NCBI GenBank assembly: GCA_051362555.1
Contig: CM120647.1
Location: 14,794,651 to 14,858,650, forward strand
Direction of reading: 5' to 3'
DNA length: 64,000 nt
Source of the DNA: Lingula anatina
Taxonomy: Eukaryota > Animalia > Brachiopoda
In this document: positions 52,547-64,000 of the stretch, piece by piece
How the letters are laid out: each line of letters starts with the position of its first letter
Position numbering within the stretch: the first letter of the stretch is position 1
Position numbers and translations under genes: made by a program
The notes under the pieces: generated by a model
Seen by the model: only the letters and a program-made list of their open reading frames with translations
The model's database searches: none
What the model was told of the DNA's origin: nothing

Positions 52547-55500
52547 TTAATCCGTCTTGGACCTTGGAGATTTCCCCATTTTCGAACCTTTGTTCTTGCA
52601 TTTCTTTCCTTTAGAAGAGAGTGCTCGAGCCTCGTCAGCTTCTTTACCCACTCTCACTATTGCAGGAAGTACCTCGGTCGCAAACAGATACTGGCGCTCC
52701 CTACCAAATGTTTCCACTGTGGTGGGCGTGTCCAGGTTCATGAATTGTCTGGAAGACGCTGTATATTCCGGCCACTGGACGGTGACCGGGCCACCAACAT
52801 TTGGATCACTGAAAGGACAGGAATATCATTAACTTATTTGTAAAACACCTGTTATATACAACATTAAAAATCAAACCAAGGTGTAAATACAGTATATTGA
52901 TGTGCGATCCTTAGATACAGTATATACACGTTGCACATTTTCAGTTCAATCTAATTCAAACAAAATATACAGAAATGTAAATATATTTCGAAGTGGATTG
53001 CTTGATATAGTTTCGCCTTGAAATGAATAGTTTATCAGATATTAAAAATTCATTGTTCCATAATTACCCATTCTTTGCAAAGTTAGCCACGTAGCGTCTG
53101 ATAGCCCTATTAAGTTCCATTTCCTCAGCAGTCAAACTGTACACGTCCGGGTGTTCCTCAAAAACCCCAAAAAATGGAATAGCTGTATCAAAATGTTCAG
53201 CCCGTATAGAAGGCGCCTTAGGAAAGTAAGAAAGTGGATAGCCATAACGGACAGACAGTGTGTATTTGTACGTTGTGGCACCTCCCACTTCGTTCAGCCT
53301 CGCCGACTCTTCTGCTGGCATTCCGAAGAGAAAGTCAGTGTTCTGTTGCGTCGCCCGGGTCAGGAGATCCAAAGGATCCATTGGATCCTGTATTAGGCCG
53401 TATTCAGTTATAGTCGACCTGGCAAAAGCAATTGCCGCGCTTTCCGTGGTAAATCTATACTCCCCTAAAGCATAGTTTTTAGCTAAATGCAGTTGCCTGG
53501 CAACTGTAGGGGGAATCCCCGCAAAGGGTAAGGTATAGATGCTGCCGTCATGGGAGGTGGCGCCAACCATGTATCGAAGCCCGGATGTCACGTTCTCTCT
53601 CAAGAGGTCTCGTGGATCTTTTGGAATGAAGTGGCCGTCTATCACTGGCCGCCAGTCAATTCCTTGTTGAGCCAGCAAGGTAGCGTCCTTACTGCGGAGA
53701 CATCGAAGCATTTTCTGAGGCTTTGATATTCTACATCCGGCACTTTTGGCTTGTTCCAAACTGTAGTTAAGAGACCTGGCTAGAGACCAAGGTGCTAAGA
53801 CTGTTCCACTAGCTGATATCCCTCCCTGTATCAAACCTCGATTCAATGGTGAAATCATCTGAAAATCCACGGAAGCTCCCCCTGCAGAACCGCCGCTTAA
53901 AGTTATACGATCAGGGTCTCCGCCAAACGCCTCAGCGTTCTCCCGTACCCATTTAATAGCCGAGTGCTGGTCATACAGGCCGTAATTTCCTCTGGCCTCG
54001 TCAGTCCCCGTGCTGAAGAAGCCCAGAAACCCCAGCCTATAGTTAGCACTGACTACAATGACGTCACCCTCAAGAGCAAGGATATCCCCATTGTACGATG
54101 CACCAGAGCCCGCAGAAAACCTCCCTCCGTGAATATACATGATGATCGCAAGCGACTCATTCCTCGCTTTCAAAACGTCAACACCACGTGGCACGTACAC
54201 GTTCAAAAACAGGCAATCTTCGTCCCGTCTGATGTCGGTGATTGTCTTACCTAGGTGGACGTACGGTAGAAGCCTGCTGTCGAGCTGCGGGCAGTGCGGA
54301 CCAAATTGTTTGGCCTCTCTCACAGTATCCCCCCATCCGGGATGTGGCTCAGGATTGGCGAACCGAAGTCTTCCCACCGGGGGTTTTACGTACGGTATAC
54401 CACGAAAGCGGTCCACAATGCCAGAACCTGGGGGAAAAAAGAAGAGTATGAACGGATGGAAAGGCCCGAAGGGGTTGATATAGACACATAATTTCACAAA
54501 TATCACATCACAAAGTTTTTTTTTTGTGTGTGTGTGTATTCGATTGGTGTTGCAACTATCGCAACAGTCATAACGCCTAAACGATATTTCAAACAGCTAT
54601 CATTTTTTTGGTTACCAGAAGTCTGACATCGAGGAGAATTCCTGGGTAGCCCCCTTGTAACTTCTAAAGTGTAGTGTGTGTGTGTGTGTGTTAGTGTGGA
54701 AACAAACCACTGATTGCTTTACAGTGTTAGTGTGCGTGCACGCGTGTGTGTGTTTGTTGAAGAGGGCCACTTGATGAAAATGGTGCTAGTTTTTGGTCGT
54801 TGAAATATAGTTATGCATGTTTTTTTATCACTATTAATGAAACCGTTCAATTTGTGCTTCTTTAACAGACGACAGAACCGTGGCCACAAATTTAGTTACG
54901 TCGGACGTACATTACAGCCGTTATTGTTCAAAGTTGACATATTGCACCTAGAGTACCTGAGTCCATTCAGGTAGAATACTATGGCAAGGTAAATTACGAC
55001 TGGCTCATTCCGAGTGATTTATTTAGTCACCCTGTAGCTACTCACAAACTGGAATTTTAATTGATGAGCTACCCGGAAATGACAAGGGTTGATAACAGGG
55101 TGATCGGGCCTGGGGGGGGGGGGGGGGGTAGGCAGAGGGCGGGAGTGAGGGTCATTTGGAGTATACCACCTGACCAAAGGGTGCGCTAGAAATCCGTTAC
55201 AGAAAAATTATGGTTAGATTACTGTTCTTAAATTCTCTATGCTATTACAGGCCCCTTATTACAAAGGGTAGTACAATGTACATGTATTATCTGATACTGA
55301 TTCACAAAGCGAGAGGGTCCAAATTTAGTGGATCCTAGAAAAAGCATTTTAAAAGAATGCATTTAGGTTGTGGCTTTGGTATTGCATAGAACCACCACTG
55401 GGATTTACCTAGAGAACCCAGCATACATGTGTAGATACAGTGTATGTACAGCTACTAGTACCCGCGGTACACGTTCGAAGAATCATAATATGTTGACAGG

Positions 55501-55999
55501 GTCTTTCGTTTTACAAAATGTCTCTGTTTCGTCAAAACAATATTTGAAAACAATTGAATTTTTGCCATCTACTGGTACATGTTAATGAGCAAAAATTTCC
55601 TTAGCTTAGTTGATGGATTATACATGTATATGATAATTATTAAACTAGCTGGAATGTTTTTTATACCCCAAGCTTTCATATAGTCTTATTCAATATAAAC
55701 ATTTTAGCAGTTACGTTTAATACGATGATTGATAAAAAGTATCGAGCTAAAGAACCATTGTGCATGTACAGCATATGTGACTCTATTTAAGTACGAAAAT
55801 TTACTTATGCATTAATCGGTTTAATTTCCTTTGCATTAATGGCATCCCAAAACTTACCATTACCGGTATCCACATTAACTCTTTCACCAACTATCTTCCC
55901 GAGATTTGTCGTCACCACTGGCGTTTCTGTACACAAGCTTCCCGGTATTATTAGCAATAAACAGAAACATACCGCGAAAATGATATCAACCTCCGCCAT
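52547..55999 (-). CDS. Secreted type-B carboxylesterase/lipase copy B (exons 55999-55858, 54427-53068, 52808-52547)
   Basis: Signal peptide, GIPYVKPPVGRLRF, EDCLFLNVYVP, IHGGRF, NYRLGFLGF, GGSAG, GATSHDG and RAEHFD; open frame. Confidence 0.9.
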
Positions 56000-56725
56000 G
56001 GTAGAACTGTGGTGTTGAACCGTGTCTATAGCTTTGTGAAACTCTGTTTGCCAAGCAATGAATCATATAACTGGAGACACCGGGGGAGGTGTATAAAACG
56101 ACCAATCAGCTGTCAGAAGGGGTGCATTCACTGGCCCCACTATTACAGTGGAAGGAACTTTAGTTATTTATTACAGTAGTTTGAATACTAGGCCCGAGAT
56201 GTCTCCCATCCTTGCAATTCAGATTTTTTTCTCTCTCTCGTTTCGTTGATAAGTGCGGTGACTTCACTCAGGAAATGAAATGCCAAATTACAAGGGTCTT
56301 TGTGTGAGTAACATCCTGAACACTATGTTAATGTTGACAAGAGACAATGCTTGTTTCGAAAGGAAACGAGATACCGATCATTTTAAACGCGGGCATTGTT
56401 TGTAATAACTGCTTTTAAAATCAGACTTCTTTTGGTAATGTTTTACTAAATACCACCTGGCCCAACTAATACTCAAGATACATTTTCATCTTTTGCCCAG
56501 ATTTGGTATAGCTGCGTGCATGAACATCAAAACAGTAGCTTCGCGTTGCATTGTGGGTTAATTTTTAACCCTCTAAGAGAGCATTCTTGGCCAGTTGATT
56601 CGCGGATTGACTACACCCACAAGCTACGCCCACAGCAGGGGCAAAGCAATTAAATCTCGGCTCATACTTTCATGTTGTTCGCGCCATATTTGATCCCCAT
56701 ATTGGTTTGTCCGAGGATCACTTAT

Positions 56726-56900
56726 GGTCGTATTCAGAACAGTGAACTAAGTAGTCCGCGGGTTAAATATGGCCGACCCACTTGAATACTTCGCCACGGG
56801 TAATCTATTCAGTGACTATTAGCGGAAAAGAGGGCACGCTTTTTAGTGGGTCGCCATATTTGACCAGCGCACTAGTTAGCCCACTGTTCTGAATGATGCC
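56726..56900. mobile_element. Degenerate palindromic MITE
   Basis: GGTCGTATTCAGAACAGTG...AAATATGGCCGACCCACT versus AGTGGGTCGCCATATTT...CACTGTTCTGAATGATGCC. Confidence 0.55.
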
Positions 56901-58066
56901 TACTTGTAAAAGCTCCCTAAATGACTTGGCGAAGCAGGACGCCTGAGACGTAAAGGTTGTGAAATAAGTTCTTAAACGTCGAATTAAAGGTAAATAAGAG
57001 TGTAATTGTAAGTTTCAAGAAGAGTCTAAACTGTGGCTCGAGCACTAGGCCTACAGTTGAATTTTAAAAGAATGTTAAATTTGCATGGTCAGGGAATTAT
57101 ATCTGGTATGGTGTAGCTTGTATATCATCACTCGTGGAGAAAAGGGTGACATTACGAAAAACGCAACTCTTAGAAAATCAACAGGCAAAGCGTCGACGCT
57201 ACAAAAGGAGCTCAAATGCAAAGTTTATCTTGATTTAATTATTGCTTAAACCTGGCTGCTACTGTGACTAAGCTGTATAACAGCTGTTGGATCGGAATTT
57301 TTGAAACATACTTATACTAAAATTTAACTAATTACTTACCTGCCGGTTTGTTTTTTTTTAATATTATTTTGTGTATTCAAAATATCTGATTATAGCAAAT
57401 TTGTAACTCATTTCAAAAGAAAAAATACTGAATATATGTCAAGGTTTTTATTATTAAAAGGGTGTTATAAAGTAAGATTCCCCCCGCCCCGCCCAAGACA
57501 GCACCCCTCCTACCACAACCCCCGGTCCAACCAGGGAATTTTATCCGATATAATTTCATGGTCCAACACACCCTGAACCCTCCCCCCTCTGCCCCCCTCC
57601 AAAATTGTATTTGCTGACTACCCGCTTTTAATATGCATTTTTTAAATTGTATTTACAACATTTAAGTTATATCTAAGCCGTAAAATTTTATTGTTTTAAA
57701 CCAAGCTATAAGAAATGCAGAGAATTATTCAATACATATAATTTCACAGAAAAAAAATTAAGAAAGATGGAGAAGAGGAAAACAAAAAGCTGCATTATGG
57801 GATCTTTGTCTCTTTAACCGTGTAGAACAACTATACTTTCGATGCCAACTTACAACTTAAAATGAAGCCGGTTAAAAACTACCAATACCGGTAAATTAAA
57901 TTGCAATTTAAGTTTTATTATACCTGACCCATCAAAATATGGCCATCGCCGTGTACATATGTAGGCATTGTCATGTTTAAAGCCAAAGCACTGATATACG
58001 GCGTTGTTTCTAGTAAATAGACAAATCCAACCATGCACTACGTTGATATGCAGTATGTCCGTACAA

Positions 58067-58152
58067 CCCAGGAAACACAGAACGTTATCATAACAAAAAA
58101 AAAAAATAATAACGATTTGGTAACGCTAAAATAACGTTCTGTGTTTTCTTGG
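58067..58152. mobile_element. Tiny CCCAG-ended inverted-repeat element (EnSpm/CACTA-like remnant)
   Basis: CCCAGGAAACACAGAACGTTAT ... ATAACGTTCTGTGTTTTCTTGG, a few bp past the copy C stop codon. Confidence 0.5.
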
Positions 58153-58158
58153 AAATCA

Positions 58159-61100
58159 CTAATCATGCCTCATTAACCAGTTGAAATACCGACATCTGAG
58201 GACCCTGGGTGTCCAATATCTTCTCCTAGAGCATGGTTTGCGTTGACCTGGACGTGCGGCCACTATGTCAGCCTCTTTACCCACTGCCACTATAGCCGGA
58301 AGAACCTCGGTCGCAAACAGATACTGGCGCTCTCTATCGAATGTTTCCACGGTGGTGGGCGTGTCCAGGTTGATGAATTGTCTGGAAGACGCTGTGTATT
58401 CCGGCCATTGGACGCTGACTGGGTCACCAACATTTGGGTCACTGAAAGTCGAGAGTGTTGACTGATTAGCAAAACAATGAAAAACGATATTGAGCATACA
58501 CGAAAGTATATTCTGACTTCGTAGTCAAGTCATACTTGACATGGATCCTTTTGTAGAGGGATATTTCATACAAATTAAATTACAGTTGATGGGGCCATTG
58601 AACTTAATGGGCATCAACAACTTTTTTATTTCCATTTACAATATCATTAAGATTTCAACTGCAGTAAAATATTTCCGTTTTTAATCGTATGTTACCTGAC
58701 CCTTACCCATTTTTAGCAAAGTTAGCTATATACCGCCTGATCATTCTTCCAAGTTCCAATTCTTCTGCCGTCAAGTTATATACATCCGGGTGCTGTTCAA
58801 AAACACCAAAATACAGAATACGGGTGTCATAATGTTCAGCTCGTACAAAAGTCGATTTAGGTAAGTAAGAAGGTGGATAGCCAAGTCGGACAGATAATTT
58901 GTATTTATAAGTCGTGGCACCTCCCGCTGCGTTCATTCTCGCCGACTCCTCTGCTGGCATTCCAAAGAGAATGTCAGTCATTTGTTGCACGGCCCGAGTC
59001 AAAATATCCAAAGGATCCATGGGGTCTTGGATGAGACCGTATTCGTGAACCAATGACCTAGCAACAGCTTTCTCCGCGCTTCTCATCTTGAACTGATAGA
59101 ACATTGATGCATAAGTTTCGAGATTGAAGCGTTGCTGTGATACAGTAGGATTCCCTGCGAAAGGAAGTCTCAAGACGGTGCCGTCATGGGAGGTAGCACC
59201 TACCATATATCGAAGCCCGGATATCACGTTTTCTCCCAGTAGTTCTCGTGGGTGTCTTGGTATGAATACTCCATCTATATTTGGTCGCCAGTCGAGTCCT
59301 CCTCGTAGCCCTTCCTCCCTAATCTCCGCTAATTCCAGAGCGTCCTTATTGCGGAGACAACGGAGTCTTGCTCTTGGTTGAGGCATATCGCATCCGGCCA
59401 GTTTCGAAAACTCCAAACTGACGTTCAAAGACTCAATCAGAGACCAAGGTGCCAAGCTCGACCCACTCACTGATATCCCTCCCTGTATCAAACCACGATT
59501 TAGAGGAGAGATCATCTGAAAATCCACCGACGCTCCTCCTGCTGAATCACCGATGAGAGTTACAAGATCAGGGTCTCCGCCAAACGCCTCAGCATTCTCT
59601 CGTACCCATTTAATAGCCGAGTGCTGGTCATAAAGGCCGTAATTTCCTCTGGCCTCGTCAGTCCCCGTGCTAAAGAACCCCAGGAAGCCCAGTCTATAGT
59701 TAATAGTGACGAGGACGACATCAGACTCGAGTGCAACAATATCTCCAATATAAGTTGCACCTGTGCCTGCCCTGAAAGCACCACTGTGAAAATGAATCAA
59801 AATCGCCAGGCGAACGCCCGTCTGACGTAAAATATCAACACCACGTGGCACGTACACGTTCAAAAACAGACAATCTTCGTCACGTCTGATGTCGGTGATT
59901 GTTCGTCCTAGGTTTAGATAGGAAGAAATTGAGCTTTCAGGCTGCGGGCAGTGGGGACCGAATTGTTTGGCTTGTCGAATGCTTGCTCCCCATCCAGGGT
60001 GACGTTCGGGATTGGCAAATCGAAGTCTCCCAACTGGGGGTTTTGCGTATGGTATTCCAAGGAAGCGATCAACTACACCTGCGCCTTTAGGGAGAAAATA
60101 TCAAGAAATCATGACAAGAATGGTAATTGTACTAGAGATGTTTTGAGTGTTTTGAAAGACCGACACATCCTTCTCATCAGTGGCTCTTCTGTCATAATTC
60201 ACACCATCTCTAGCGCTAATCAGCTCTTTCGCGAACGTGGGAAACACACTCACTCACACATAAACAAACACACACACACATTTTAGTAGATTAAGTTACC
60301 AGACTGGCGGTAATCTGATTATTTTAGCCGTCTTGTACCATAAAATGTCCCCACAGGAAGTACAAAGTGTTGGTTTATTCCACTACAGATAACGTTTATT
60401 CAATAATGGGGAGAAAGTAGTACTAAACTCCTCTACCAAAAACAAAGTGTCACCCCTTACGAAATGCGTAAAATGATACAGAAAATCATGTCATCAATTA
60501 ATGTTCTTTATTCAAATTCTAAAAGGATTTTTCTCCCCCCCCCCCCCCCCCCACGGAAAAAAAATCCAATTGTATCATAAATGAATGAACTTACCATATA
60601 AAAAGATTGAGGCCATATTTAAGTATTTTGTACAGTGGCCTCTGCATTGGAGGACGCAACTGTCGCGTGTGTGCATGTGGAATCAAAAAGTTCTGTAAAG
60701 TTTGCGCAGTGATGGCGTTCCACATACGGTGCAAAGGTTAAGTGAGATAATTTTTGTTTGCAGAATTATCCCTCAGTTATACATTTTTGAGGATATCCTT
60801 AACATTCTTAAAGAGTTTATGATCTATTGAATAAGCTGGCCATGAAGGGGAGGGGGGTCTGGTTCGCACATTACCAGCCTACTCTTGCATATGTTGTACG
60901 TGGAGTAGCATTATCATGCTGAAACATTAATGGGTGATCATGGTCGCCAAACATTTTCGACAGAATTCCTTAAGTTCTTTATTACTTGGATGCAAGGGTC
61001 GGTGTTAAGGTTCCTGTTGACCACTGCCAGCTCGCCTGCATTACAATTGCCAATACTCCTCATCTATGACTTATGTTGGATGTGTCCTGTCGAACAGAGG

Positions 61101-62970
61101 CAGAAAACTGGCAATATGCTTCTTACCAGCTGTTCTCAAAACCCTTTGCATTGGACAATACTGAGCTTGCTTGCTTCTGAGCACATTGTCCACTTATAGG
61201 CTGATGTCCATTACAGAAATTGGGATATACCATATCTGACTCGAAGTTGACAGTTCCTGACGGGAATCCCAGGTCTCCTTACAAAGACTCTGCAAAAATT
61301 GTGCAGACGTCTTCTGACGGTAAGCTCAGATAATGTTGTGCCCCGTTCCTGTTAAATGTTGCAGACAACCCCCGAAATGTCATGAAACTTTTTCTACATA
61401 TATGCCTGTTTGTTAAGGATGTTGTCTAACCCCCTGAAAGGTTTTCATGAAATCAACCAGCCTTCTGGCAAATCGGCGGTTCAAAACTCCCTTCTATGTC
61501 AACCGCTTGGTAAAAATATCACTCTCAGATAGGAACAGCATATTTAAAAAAATATTTGGCGTTGGAGTATTCCAATGGTGATACTAGGTAGGTCCTCTAC
61601 TACTCACAACCGCAATTTTCACAATGATCGATGGCCTAGTTGTTATGTAATAGTGAAATTGAAATTATGGGAACCCTTAAAGCAATGCCTGTAATTGAGG
61701 TAGGAGTGACATATTTTTTGGTACCTAGAGGAATATTTTATCTTAACAGGTAAATATATACATGAATTATTTATAAGAAACTGACGAGCAGCAAACCACA
61801 CAAAAATAAATAATAATATAGGTTAATTCGGACCGTGAATATTTGATATATAATACTCGAATTATATTACCCCCAAACAGGTCGGTTCCATTAACACACG
61901 CACGCACGCACGCACGCAAACATTTATAGAAACAAAGACATTGATAATAAACAGTGGAACGGATTAAACATTATGGGTTTATCTATACTGTCATATATAT
62001 ACGCGTTGTTCAGTTCACAAAAATAACTCCCAGACTTTAATTCTAATGGTGTCGCTTAATTGTGCACTTGACTTAGCACTTAGCAAGTGAACGTGTGGAA
62101 TTTGAGTAATTAAGATTTGTATGCAACGCGCAATAGTGCAGCATAAATTGAATCCACCTTAAATGAGGGATTTGGATATATATGTTAAGAAGTAATGTCT
62201 GAAAGATCTGAGAGACCGCTTGGGAGAGCTAAAAAGACGGATGCGAACTACAGGGGAGGATGCCGAAATTGGGAACTTCACGTAGAGCATGTAGTTAGCG
62301 AGCGTCAACAAATACATAAATGAACTGGTCATTATGTGTCCGTAGGGTTTCTTTGAACGACTTTACGTAAATCTGACACGGACTATGGGGATTCGAGTAT
62401 ACAAGTATCATTACAGGATATTCATTATTGTAATAATGGCGTCAAAGCAGATTGGCGACCAATGGCCGATGCAAGAGAGTTTAACGTGCCAAACATAAAA
62501 TCATAAAAAAATCATGTCCTGCACTCTGTTTTAAAATTAGATACCTATGGGGTGTTTGGGGTAAACAAAACATTCTGTCCAAGCAGAAATAGATTTTTGG
62601 AACCTTTCCTTTTTCGCTCACTTTCCGTTATACGACGAAGGGTTACTATTTCTTGGAGTATTCCTTTCATGTGCAAAAAATAAGGAAATCCATTTTGTCT
62701 GCCCCGCCCCCGATCCCCTCCACTTAATATCTCTTTTTTTTAAAGGCCAACCTCAGCCTTGTTAGTTGTTTTCCTTATATGGTTCCCCACCATTTTTTAT
62801 CAGTCTATATATATAGTACTCAACTTACTGGCCCCGGTATCCACCTCTCGTCTGTCTCCAACAATCTGCCCCAGGTTTGTTCTGACCACAGGAGTATCTG
62901 TACACAAAACAACTTCTATCTGTACAAAAATATAGAAACAAGCAACCGAGAGAACTTTGTGGCCCGCCAT
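58159..62970 (-). CDS. Secreted type-B carboxylesterase/lipase copy C (exons 62970-62829, 60084-58707, 58441-58159)
   Basis: Exon 1 MAGHKVLSVACFYIFVQIEVVLCTDTPVVRTNLGQIVGDRREVDTGA with a phase-1 GTAAGT donor (too short for the ORF track). Exon 2 is open, with GDSAG, GATSHDG and RAEHYD. Confidence 0.88.
60620..61500 (-). mobile_element. Degenerate Tc1/mariner transposase fossil in carboxylesterase C intron 1
   Basis: Minus-strand fragments SELTVRRRLH (HTH), FQHDNATP, WPAYSIDHKLFKNV (cf. WPxxSPDLNPIENVW) and CRGHCTKY (Tc1 C-terminus), with stops and frameshifts. Confidence 0.75.
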
Positions 62971-63669
62971 CTTAGCTGTCGCAAATCTTTATAGTCAGCC
63001 GCAACGTGGCTCTGGGTGATGACTACGTAATATTACCGGAGTGAAAGTGAAGCGGTAAAGCATGCAAGAAAATGTATTCGCGACGCCTCATAAACCGTAA
63101 ATGTTAACACGCTACAGAACCCAACAGGTACCAGTATATACGGTTATTCTGCCTATGATCACTTAATACGTTTTACAATTACAATCTCTTATGACTTCTC
63201 GCCTAACACCAAATAGTTCAATAGGTTATACTGTATTTACATACACCCGGTATGGTTCGTGCTATACAAGCCAAAGGTAAGCGAGTCGGTTTTCCGAATT
63301 TTCGATATTTTTTAGAACATAGTTTACAACAGTCTTTAAAAAAAACGAAGATTCATATTATCATCTTTTGTTGTCAGAAAGTCATATTAGATGTAAAGTA
63401 AAAATTAGGACCTACCTGTGTTCAGATTTGGTGTTGGGTAAAGCCAAAAACCCTTCTTCATTGGTAGAAGCGCCGGCCTTCTTGTTGAATTGACAATACA
63501 GAAACATTGGAGAGAGAATCGGTTCTGGGCATCCTTATGAACGTTTTTATAATCTCGGCTGTCCCCAGCAGTGATTGACGCAGTGGACAGGGAGGCAGCA
63601 AAGGTCCTTTTTACCAAAGGCTTTGATAATACAGGGTGCCGCCCCGCAAAAAATGTACTCCTTCGCCCG

Positions 63670-63860
63670 CTGCCTTTTATTACGTCTAGGGGCTATGTAG
63701 TCGCCTCTGTTTTATTTATTTATTTATTTTTTTTATCACCAGTCTAACTGAAAAAGTCAGGGATGGGTTTTGATGAAATGTTCAGGTTAGGTCATTTATA
63801 GGCTAGCTTAGAAGTGAAGTTTGGTGATGATCTGTGTCACAGCTTACACCCCATTTATAT
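63670..63860 (+). mobile_element. Possible short HINE-like fragment
   Basis: TTTTATTAC start, (ATTT)n, then GGATGGGTTTTGATGAAATGTTCAGG-type sequence reminiscent of such elements. Confidence 0.3.
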
Positions 63861-64000
63861 GTGTATGGCACGTTATGGCACAGGCTTCCTTTGTGTTTAT
63901 TTTCTATTTCTGTCCTGTCAAGCATTCGTCATTAGCTCCGCCCCTCTCAAGAATATTTACTACTCAATCTAGGCTGATGCAACGTGACTAATTCAAATTT

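Noticed and set aside
53151-54491. Plus-strand ORFs overlapping the esterase exons
   Set aside because: Antisense shadows of coding sequence.
63405-63617. Minus ORF with a donor site as exon 1 of carboxylesterase C
   Set aside because: A homologous signal-peptide exon 1 exists at 62970-62829; this ORF has no esterase similarity.

Overview
AT-rich, intron-containing eukaryotic DNA, apparently from an invertebrate animal. Six elements make up the window, in order. (1) A + strand tandem cluster of 4-exon classical short-chain dehydrogenases (SDR): two intact genes plus an exon-1-less duplicate whose catalytic exon is split by a 2.2-kb foldback element; the proteins resemble the bacterial PRK08265-type SDR family. 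(2) A - strand MS4A/CD20-like four-TM gene. (3) A - strand SLC22A18-like MFS transporter. (4) A + strand Rab32/38 gene with a clear U12-type intron, candidate alternative first exons and an array of duplicated decoy 3' splice sites. (5) A - strand cluster of three secreted type-B carboxylesterases: two intact and one chimeric copy with a nonsense codon. (6) Many non-autonomous DNA elements: CAG-ended elements with 6-bp TSDs, TTAA Kolobok-like and TAA Harbinger-like MITEs, a Helentron/HINE-type element and a Tc1 transposase fossil. Exon boundaries were read by eye and no database searches were run.
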